Positions 9,268 to 16,258 of a stretch of 36,172 nucleotides of DNA are shown here, piece by piece. The position numbers and the translations under genes were made by a program. The notes under the pieces are model-generated. The model made no database searches, was not told the origin of the DNA, and was given only the letters and a program-made list of their open reading frames with translations. This DNA comes from Gaiellales bacterium (GTDB lineage: Bacteria > Actinomycetota > Thermoleophilia > Gaiellales > JALYLC01), in the NCBI GenBank assembly GCA_036502805.1, contig DASXXY010000386.1:1-36172 (forward strand), given 5' to 3'. Every line of letters starts with the position of its first letter. Within the stretch, counting starts at the first letter, position 1.

Positions 9268-11156
9268 TGGCAGTGCCCCGTCTGCGGCGGCACCGTGAGC
9301 GCCGGGTTGCGGTCGAAGAAGCCGACCGGGCGCAGCTGGAAGCCGCACGTCGCCACCGGCATCACCGGCCAGTCCTCGAGCCGCGGGACGTGGTGGGCGC
9401 CGAACACGTACCAGAGCACGACGTCGGCGTCCGCGAGCGAGCGGTCGGCGGCCGTCCAGCGCGGCAGCCCGTCGCCGCCGGCGTGCTGGTTCGGGTACTC
9501 GCCGGCCGGATAGCGCTCGTCGGCGCGGTAGGGCGTCGCCCACAGGTGGCGCGTCATGAAGCGCGCGCGGCGCGCGAACTCGGAGTCCTCGTCCGCCATC
9601 AGCGCGACGTTGTCGCCCGGCACGAGCTCGTAGGCGACCGGCGCGCCCATGCGGTTGCGGCGCGCGGGGTTCGCGACGCGCCAGCGCCTGGCGGAGAGCG
9701 GATCGATCATCCGCTGGGCCGCGAGCTCGCTCGCGAGCGGCGTCTCGTGCACGCTGAAGGCCTGGCCGTGCGGGTTCGCGGGCCCGGGCGGGTCGGCGCG
9801 CGAGGCGACCTCGCTGAGGACGTTGCACTCGCCGTCGACGTCGAGGTCGAGCCGTGCGCAGAAGAAGTGCTGGTGGTAGCCGGCGCTGACGCCGGGCGCG
9901 ACGAGCGTCGCGGAGCCCGTCGGCTCGCCCTCCGCGACGCCCGCGGTGTGCAGCACGCCCGTCAGCTTGGCCTCGAACGCGATCCCGCCGTCGAGCGTGA
10001 GGTACCAGTAGAGCCCGTACTCGTAGTTCCCGACGGTCACGATGGTCGAGATCACGAGCCGGCGGGCGCGGCGCACGTCGGTCGCGCCGCTGCGCCAGTC
10101 GTGGTGCTTCCAGAGGATGCCGGCATCCTCCTCGTGCAGGCAGATGGCGTTGCGGATGACGACCACCTGCCCGTGGCTGTCGTGCACGACGCCGTCCAGG
10201 TAGGTGATCTCGCCGAGGCAGTCGCAGCCCAGGGCGAGCGAGTTGGCGTAGGAGCCGAGGCCGTACTCGCCGATGTCGAACGCGTTCTTGAAGACGACCG
10301 TCGGGTTCGTGTCGGCGTACGGGATCGCGAGCTCGGCGATCGAGAGCCGGTGCGCGATCGGCCGCGCGCCGGAGCCGTCGCCCGCGTCGAAGGCGAGCTC
10401 GTGCAGGGTGAGCGACTCGCGCATGTTGAAGCCGATCCGCAGCCGCCACGGGCCCCAGCTGAGCGCGTGCCCGTCGAGCGCGAGGCTCGAGCCCTCGGGC
10501 TGCGTCACCGCGATCGGCCTGAGGTCGGTGCGGTACGGCTCGCCGCCGCCGTCGCGGTAGTCGCCGTGCTCCTGCGGCAGCGGCAGGACGCCGTGGTCGT
10601 CGATGCGGACGACCCGCATCGCCACGAGGTCGACGATGGCGAGCAGGCCGCCGATCGGGCGCGCGTAGCCGTTGTCGCCCGTGACGTCGGAGCGCAGCCA
10701 GGCGAGGGCCCGCCCGACTCGGCGGCCGCCGTCCTCGAAGAGGCCGACCGACCAGGTGTCCACCATCACGAGCTCGAGGTCGTCGACGCCGCGCAGCGCG
10801 AGCGCGCTGCGGAAGCCCGCGTCGGCCTTGACGGCGCGCTCCGCCTCCGCGTACTCGTCGCCCGTCACCGCCGAATGCACGCCGGGGATCGCGTCGAAGG
10901 ACACGAGCTCGCCACGCTCGAGCGCGACCACGGCCTCGTGGGTGACGCCGTCCGCGAGCACGACGAGCGCGGCCTCGCGAGGCGGGCGCGCGCCGCCCGC
11001 GCGCCAGGCCGCGAGCAGGGCCTTGTCCGGCTCGCGGGCGTCGATGCTGACGAAGCGCACGGCGGCGCCGAGCGCCCGCGCGGCGCGCACGCACGCCACG
11101 GCGCGCTCGATCTCGCCCGCGCCGAGCGGGTCGAGCGGGTGCGCGGCGGCCGTCAC
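9258..11156 (-). CDS. copper-containing primary amine oxidase (topaquinone type)
   Basis: C-terminal 632 aa of ORF 9258..11927. TPQ consensus TVGNYEY, His ligand regions GILWKHHDW and AGYHQHFFCARLD, and WYVFGAHHVPRLEDWPVMP. GTG 11156 overlaps the M20 stop as GTGA. The last 10 nt overlap the tRNA. Confidence 0.92.
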   Translation of the reverse strand: MTAAAHPLDPLGAGEIERAVACVRAARALGAAVRFVSIDAREPDKALLAAWRAGGARPPREAALVVLADGVTHEAVVALERGELVSFDAIPGVHSAVTGDEYAEAERAVKADAGFRSALALRGVDDLELVMVDTWSVGLFEDGGRRVGRALAWLRSDVTGDNGYARPIGGLLAIVDLVAMRVVRIDDHGVLPLPQEHGDYRDGGGEPYRTDLRPIAVTQPEGSSLALDGHALSWGPWRLRIGFNMRESLTLHELAFDAGDGSGARPIAHRLSIAELAIPYADTNPTVVFKNAFDIGEYGLGSYANSLALGCDCLGEITYLDGVVHDSHGQVVVIRNAICLHEEDAGILWKHHDWRSGATDVRRARRLVISTIVTVGNYEYGLYWYLTLDGGIAFEAKLTGVLHTAGVAEGEPTGSATLVAPGVSAGYHQHFFCARLDLDVDGECNVLSEVASRADPPGPANPHGQAFSVHETPLASELAAQRMIDPLSARRWRVANPARRNRMGAPVAYELVPGDNVALMADEDSEFARRARFMTRHLWATPYRADERYPAGEYPNQHAGGDGLPRWTAADRSLADADVVLWYVFGAHHVPRLEDWPVMPVATCGFQLRPVGFFDRNPALTVPPQTGHCHPL

Positions 11157-12223
11157 AGGTTCGGATAGTAGGGAGCGAGCGCCTGCACGAGCACCCGTCG
11201 CAGCTGCTCGCGCCCCTGCGCCAGCGAGCCGATCTCCACGTACTCCTCGGGCGTGTGCATCTCGCCGCCGAGCGCGCAGCCGATGCAGACCGCCGGGATG
11301 CCGGCGGCGAGCGCGGCGTTCGCGTCGGTCGAGGCCGCGACGAGCTCGTCCGGCAGGCCGAGCTCGGCACGCACGCCGCGGACCGTCGCGAGCAGCGGCT
11401 GGCGGCGGTCGAGGCGGCCCGCGGGCCGGCTGCCGAGCTGCTCGATGGCGAGCTCCAGCGGCGGCTCCACCGCGAGCAGGCCGAGCGTGCGCGCGAAGCG
11501 CGCGAGCACGGCCTCCTCGAGCGCGCGCTGCTCGATCACGAGCTCGGCGTGCGACGCGATCGCGTTCACGGCCGATCCGCCCTCGATGCGGCCGATGTTC
11601 GTGCTCGCGTCGCGCTGCGCGGGCTTGCTGAGCGCCCGCGCGATGCGGCAGAGCTCGTCGATCGCGCTCGGGCGGCCGCGATTGGCCCACGAGTGGCCGC
11701 CGGGGCCGCGCACCGTGATGCGCACGCGCAGGCTGCCGACGGCGTCCACGGCGACGTGCGCGAGCCCGTGGCCCTCGAGCGCGAGCGCCGCCCCGGGCTG
11801 CAGCGCGGCGCAGGCGGCACGCGCGCCGCTGAGGTTGCCGAGCCCCTCCTCGCCGACCGTGAACGCGACGGCGAGCCCGGAGAGGTCGTGCTCGTGCGCG
11901 AGCTGCTCGACCACCTGCACGGCGCACACGACGGCCGCCGCGTTGTCGCCGACGCCAGGGCCGATCAGCCGCTCGCCGACGATCTGCGGCTCGTGCGGCA
12001 GGTCGCGCGCGAACACCGTGTCCACGTGTGCGAGCACGAGCAGGTGCGGCGGATGCTCGCCGAAGCGCCAGATCAGGTTGCCGGCGTCATCGACCTCGCG
12101 CTCGCCGGGCGCGGACGCGAGGCGCCGCTGCAGCCAGGCGATGCGGTCGCCCTCGTCGAACGTCGGCGCCGGGACGCGCGCGAGCGCGAGCAGGTCGTCG
12201 AGGGCAGCGTCCGCGGCATCCAC
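11153..12223 (-). CDS. M20 family metallopeptidase (ArgE/DapE/peptidase T-like)
   Basis: C-terminal 356 aa of ORF 11153..13540: HLLVLAHVDTVF, GPGVGDNAAAVV, AFTVGEEGLGNL, GGEMHTPEEYVEI. The GTG 12223 start lies 14 nt after the MerR-like stop; the start is uncertain. Confidence 0.8.
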   Translation of the reverse strand: MDAADAALDDLLALARVPAPTFDEGDRIAWLQRRLASAPGEREVDDAGNLIWRFGEHPPHLLVLAHVDTVFARDLPHEPQIVGERLIGPGVGDNAAAVVCAVQVVEQLAHEHDLSGLAVAFTVGEEGLGNLSGARAACAALQPGAALALEGHGLAHVAVDAVGSLRVRITVRGPGGHSWANRGRPSAIDELCRIARALSKPAQRDASTNIGRIEGGSAVNAIASHAELVIEQRALEEAVLARFARTLGLLAVEPPLELAIEQLGSRPAGRLDRRQPLLATVRGVRAELGLPDELVAASTDANAALAAGIPAVCIGCALGGEMHTPEEYVEIGSLAQGREQLRRVLVQALAPYYPNL

Positions 12224-12237
12224 GCCGCGCGACGCTA

Positions 12238-12543
12238 TCAGGCGGCGATGCGCCTCTGGTCGAGACCGTGTCGCGAGCGGAACAGCGACGCGGCGTCGAT
12301 CGCCGCGTCCACGCTGAAGCCGAGGCTGCGCGCCTGCGCGATCAGCATCACGTGCTCGACGGCGTCGACGTCGTAGAGGCGCTGCTTCGCGCCCAGCGTC
12401 TCGATCGCGGCCCGCTCCGTCCAGAGGTCGAGCTGCATCTTCGTGATGCCGGCGATCGTGCACACCTGGCCGACCGTGAAGAGCACGTCTCCGATACGCG
12501 TCGCGATGTCGACGGGGCGCAGGAGATCGGACTTGTCGGCCAT
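12238..12543 (-). CDS. MerR-like helix-turn-helix transcriptional regulator (small, 101 aa)
   Basis: ORF 12238..12543. HTH-like FTVGQVCTIAGITKMQLDLWTERAAI. ATG preceded by GGGGAGGAC (SD). GC3 is high. Confidence 0.7.
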   Translation of the reverse strand: MADKSDLLRPVDIATRIGDVLFTVGQVCTIAGITKMQLDLWTERAAIETLGAKQRLYDVDAVEHVMLIAQARSLGFSVDAAIDAASLFRSRHGLDQRRIAA

Positions 12544-12660
12544 GTCCTCCCCATCGGCCGCTCCCGGCGCAGACTTGAGCGGAGGGCCCGACGGGGCCCG
12601 GCCGGCCCGGCTCGGACGGCGCGTGCGCCCGTCCTCGCCGAGCTCCGGGACCGCTCGCGC

Positions 12661-13614
12661 TCAGACCAGCTGGTCGATGCTGCAGCTCTGCGGATCGCGG
12701 TCGTCGCGCCAGCGCACGACGCGCGTGCCGTGGCGGATGCGGCCGTCGCTCATGTGGTCGTAGGAGACCTCGAGCACGAGCTCGGGCCGCAGCTCGACCC
12801 ACTCGAGCTCGCGGCCGGCCGTCCAGCGGCTCGCCTCGCCGGAGCCGCGCTCGCCCGTCTCGAACGGGCGCAGCCGCTCGAGCAGCTCGCGCTTCTCCGC
12901 GCGCGTGAAGGCCGAGCAGTGCCCGACGACGACGAGCTCGCCGGCGGCGTCGTAGAGGCCGAGGATCAGCGATCCGACCGAGTCCGGCTCCTTGCCGGGG
13001 CGGTAGCCGCAGAGCACGCAGTCGAGCGTGCGGCGCTGGCGCAGCTTGAACATCCCGGTGCGCTTGCCGGGCAGGTAGGGCGCGTCGGCCTGCTTCGCGA
13101 TCACGCCCTCGGCGGTCGCGAGCCAGCGCTGCGCGGCCTCCGCGGTGCGCTCCTGCGGCGTGAGCGTCACGGGGTGGCCGCCGACGTCGGCGAGCAGGCG
13201 CTCGAGCGCGGCGCGGCGCTCGCTGAACGGCCGCTGCATGAGCACGTCGTCGCCCGCGGCGAGCAGATCGAAGGCGACGATCGACGCGGGCGTCTCGCGC
13301 GCCAGCAGCTCGACGCGCGAGGCCGCCGGGTGGATGCGCTGCTGGAGCGCGCCGAAGTCCTGGCTGCCGTCGCCCGGGTCGATCACGATCTCGCCGTCGA
13401 GCACGTAGCGGCCGGGCGGCAGCGAGAGCTCGGGGAAGTAGCGGTCGAGCGGCTTGCCGTTGCGCGACTGCAGGAAGACCTCGTCGCCGTCGACGAATGC
13501 GATCACGCGGAAGCCGTCCCACTTCGGCTCGTACAGCCACTCGCCCTCGTGCGGGAACTCCGTCGCGGTCTTCGCGAGCTGCGGCTCGATCGTGGGCTCG
13601 AGCGGCAGCGTCAT
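12661..13614 (-). CDS. ligC: ATP-dependent DNA ligase, LigC-like (adenylation + OB domains only)
   Basis: C-terminal 317 aa of ORF 12661..14451: MTLPLEPTIEPQLAKTATEFPHEGEWLYEPKWDGFRVIAF (KxDG motif I)..LDGEIV..SIVAFDLL..EGVIAK..MFKLRQRRTLD. ATG 13614 overlaps the htpX stop as ATGA. Confidence 0.9.
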   Translation of the reverse strand: MTLPLEPTIEPQLAKTATEFPHEGEWLYEPKWDGFRVIAFVDGDEVFLQSRNGKPLDRYFPELSLPPGRYVLDGEIVIDPGDGSQDFGALQQRIHPAASRVELLARETPASIVAFDLLAAGDDVLMQRPFSERRAALERLLADVGGHPVTLTPQERTAEAAQRWLATAEGVIAKQADAPYLPGKRTGMFKLRQRRTLDCVLCGYRPGKEPDSVGSLILGLYDAAGELVVVGHCSAFTRAEKRELLERLRPFETGERGSGEASRWTAGRELEWVELRPELVLEVSYDHMSDGRIRHGTRVVRWRDDRDPQSCSIDQLV

Positions 13615-14546
13615 TGCGCGAGCGGCGCCGGGTCGGGGATGTCGAAGCCGCCGGCCTCCTCGAGCCGGTGGATCCGGTCCTCGAGCGGCGGATGCGTGTC
13701 GAAGAGGCCGCCGAGGCTCGAGCGCAGGCCGACGTTGTCGCGCAGCGGCGACTCGATGTAGAGGTGCGCCGTGGCGCGCGTGACGTACTTCATCGGCGTC
13801 GTGTCGTTGCCGAGCTTCGCGAGCGCCAGCGCCAGGCCCTCGGGGTCGCCGGTGATCTCGGCGGCCGAGGTGTCGGCGAGGTACTCGCGGCGGCGCGAGA
13901 GCGCCGACTGCTGGAGCGCGGCCGAGATCGGCGCGTGGATCAGCGCCGCGATGCTGACGACGAGCGCGATCAGGTTGCCGCCGTTGTCGCGGTTGTTGCG
14001 GCGGCCGCCGCCGAACAGGCTGATGCGGAAGAGCAGGTCGGCCATCAGCGCGATCACGCCGACCATCACGGCCGCGAGCGTCATCAGGCGCACGTCGCGG
14101 TTGCGGATGTGCGAGATCTCGTGCGCGATCACGCCCTCGAGCTCGCGCTGATCCATCAGCGCGAGCAGGCCCGTCGTGGCGGCGATGTAGGAGTCGCTCG
14201 GCTTGCGCCCCGCGGCGAACGCGTTCGGCGCGTCGTCGTCGATCACGTAGGCGGGCGGCGTGTGGTCGAGGCCGGCGGCGATCGCCATGTTCTCGACGGC
14301 GCGCACGAGCGCCGGCTGCTCGGCCTTCGTGACCGGCTTGGCGTGCGCGACGCTCGCCACGAGCTTGCCCGCGCCGAAGTACGAGAAGACCCCGTAGCCG
14401 AGGCCCACGATGCCGATCAGGATGCCGACGCCGGGGTTGAACGCGAACCACACGGCGAGCATGAAGACGACGATCAGCAGCACGAAGCCGAGGACCACGA
14501 ACACGCTGCGGATGCGGTTCGAGCGGATCTGCTCCTGCAGGCTCAC
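13611..14546 (-). CDS. htpX: M48 family zinc metalloprotease HtpX
   Basis: C-terminal 311 aa of ORF 13611..16094: two N-terminal TM helices, then HEISHIRNRD (HExxH) and REYLAD. GTG 14546 overlaps the LemA stop as GTGA. Confidence 0.9.
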   Translation of the reverse strand: MSLQEQIRSNRIRSVFVVLGFVLLIVVFMLAVWFAFNPGVGILIGIVGLGYGVFSYFGAGKLVASVAHAKPVTKAEQPALVRAVENMAIAAGLDHTPPAYVIDDDAPNAFAAGRKPSDSYIAATTGLLALMDQRELEGVIAHEISHIRNRDVRLMTLAAVMVGVIALMADLLFRISLFGGGRRNNRDNGGNLIALVVSIAALIHAPISAALQQSALSRRREYLADTSAAEITGDPEGLALALAKLGNDTTPMKYVTRATAHLYIESPLRDNVGLRSSLGGLFDTHPPLEDRIHRLEEAGGFDIPDPAPLAQ

Positions 14547-15100
14547 GACAGGCTGACGGCCACCGGAGCGCGGTCCGCGTCGTCGTCGATGCGGAAGAAC
14601 TCGCGCTCGCGGAACCCGCCGATGCGCGCGATGACGTTCGTCGGGACGCTCTGGATCAGCGAGTTGAAGCGGCGCACGGTCGTGTTGTAGTAGCGGCGCG
14701 CGGCCGCGATCTTGTCCTCGGTGTCGCTCAGCTCGGCCTGCAGGCGCTGGAAGTTCTCCGACGCGCGCAGCTGGGGGTAGGCCTCGGCGACGCCGAAGAG
14801 GCCCGTCAGGGCCGCCGTCATGGCGACGTCGGCGGTCGCCGCCTGCGCGACGCCGCGCGCCGACAGTGCCTGCGCGCGGGCCTGCGCGACGGCCTCGAAG
14901 ACGCCGCTCTCGTGCGCCGCGTAGGCCTTCACGGTCTCGACCAGGTTCGGGATCAGGTCGGCGCGCCGCTTGAGCTGCACGTCGATGCCCGAGAAGCCCT
15001 GCTCGGCCTCGTTGCGCAGCCGCACGAGCCGGTTGTAGCCGAACACGAGCCAGAGCAGGATGAGGACGACGACGCCGATGGCGATCCAGAGAGCGAGCAT
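14543..15100 (-). CDS. lemA: LemA family protein (alternative reading: independent product from the internal ATG at 15100)
   Basis: 185 aa from ATG 15100, starting exactly at the TM helix as in stand-alone LemA proteins. No Shine-Dalgarno is visible upstream (..CTACCGTCCCATTCC ATG). Confidence 0.45.
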   Translation of the reverse strand: MLALWIAIGVVVLILLWLVFGYNRLVRLRNEAEQGFSGIDVQLKRRADLIPNLVETVKAYAAHESGVFEAVAQARAQALSARGVAQAATADVAMTAALTGLFGVAEAYPQLRASENFQRLQAELSDTEDKIAAARRYYNTTVRRFNSLIQSVPTNVIARIGGFREREFFRIDDDADRAPVAVSLS

Positions 15101-16216
15101 GGAATGGGACGGTAGCGCCTTGCCGTCGCCTGCGCGCGCGAGCCGCTGCCAGACGGCGAAGACGGGCTTCTTGTGGTTCGAGTACGTGACCAGGCCGCTG
15201 CGCCAGTAGCTCGTCGGCGACTCGTCGCGCACGAGGAACCAGACGAGCATCTCGGCGTACGGGTAGTGGGCCCGCACGACGTCCACGGACTGCTCGGCGA
15301 GGCTCGCCTGACGCGCGGGCGTGATCTCGCCGATCCCCGGCTCGTCGGCCGTGCGCCACGCGAACTCGGTGAGCCAGATCGGGATCTGCGCGCCGTAGGC
15401 GCGCGTGAGCGCGTTCTCGAGGCGGTCGAGGTTGCGGATCGTGATCGCGCCGTCCTGCTCGCGCTCCGTGCCGCGGAACTCGGGCAGCAGGCTGCCGAGG
15501 TACGGGTTGAGCGCGACGACGTCCGGGCGCGGGCCGCCGGCCGCGCGGTAGCGGCCGAGGAACGCGAGCGGCGCGATGCCGCCCTGCCCGCCGCGGCTCG
15601 CGAGCGGCCCGAGCGCGACGCGGGCCTGCGGCGAGACGGCGTGGATGGCGCCGGCGCACGCGCGCATGAGGCGCGCCATGACGCGCGGCGCCGTGAGGCC
15701 GTGCGGGCCCTGCGGCTGCATGAACTGACCGCGGTTCGGCTCGTTCCAGACCGTGAACGAGTCCACGGCCGGCAGCGGGTCGGCCGCGCCCGGCGGCGCG
15801 TAGGTGCCCGAGTAGCGCGTTGCGGCCGCGCGGCAGAACGTGCCGTAGTCGGCCGCGGCGAGCGGCGCCGTGCGTGGCGTCCTCTCGCCGTTCGCCCAGC
15901 CCGGCGCCTGCACGAGCGTCAGCAGGACGCGCGCCTTCTGCGCGGCCGCACGCGTCACGATGCCGTCGACCGCGGTCCAGTCGTAGGCCGGATCGGCCGG
16001 GTCGGCCGGCGCCGTCGGGCGCGTCGCCGCGACGCTCGCCCAGTTGACGTTGTAGCGGATCACGTCGGGGTGCAGCTCGCGCGTCAGGGGCCACGCGTTG
16101 GGCTCTGCGGAGCTCAGGAACGCGTCGTCCTGGATCCCCAGGGCGAGCTCGGCCGAGGCGGTGGCCGGCAGCGCCGCGAGCAGCGCGAGCCCGAGGACGA
16201 TGAGCAGCCGCCGCAT
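14543..16216 (-). CDS. uninterrupted ORF: signal peptide + clan GH-A-like glycoside hydrolase domain, joined in frame to a complete LemA family module
   Basis: ORF 14543..16216. N-terminus MRRLLIVLGLALLAALPATASA-EL (signal peptide). TVWNEPN (acid/base-like NEP) and IWLTEFAW (nucleophile-like TEF). From residue 373: MLALWIAIGVVVLILLWLVFGYNRLVRLRNEAEQGFSGIDVQLKRRADLIPNLVETVK.. (LemA). There is no stop between the two parts. Confidence 0.65.
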   Translation of the reverse strand: MRRLLIVLGLALLAALPATASAELALGIQDDAFLSSAEPNAWPLTRELHPDVIRYNVNWASVAATRPTAPADPADPAYDWTAVDGIVTRAAAQKARVLLTLVQAPGWANGERTPRTAPLAAADYGTFCRAAATRYSGTYAPPGAADPLPAVDSFTVWNEPNRGQFMQPQGPHGLTAPRVMARLMRACAGAIHAVSPQARVALGPLASRGGQGGIAPLAFLGRYRAAGGPRPDVVALNPYLGSLLPEFRGTEREQDGAITIRNLDRLENALTRAYGAQIPIWLTEFAWRTADEPGIGEITPARQASLAEQSVDVVRAHYPYAEMLVWFLVRDESPTSYWRSGLVTYSNHKKPVFAVWQRLARAGDGKALPSHSMLALWIAIGVVVLILLWLVFGYNRLVRLRNEAEQGFSGIDVQLKRRADLIPNLVETVKAYAAHESGVFEAVAQARAQALSARGVAQAATADVAMTAALTGLFGVAEAYPQLRASENFQRLQAELSDTEDKIAAARRYYNTTVRRFNSLIQSVPTNVIARIGGFREREFFRIDDDADRAPVAVSLS

Positions 16217-16240
16217 CCGGGCACGGTAGCCCGGATGCGG
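16211..16240 (-). terminator. perfect 12-bp GC-rich hairpin, 18 nt after the propeller gene stop, containing the ATG of the GH::LemA ORF
   Basis: Plus strand: CCGCATCCGGGC ACGGTA GCCCGGATGCGG. On the minus strand, ATG 16216-16214 sits in the 3' arm. No U-tract follows. Confidence 0.45.
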
Positions 16241-16258
16241 CGGATCGCGCCTACCGCC

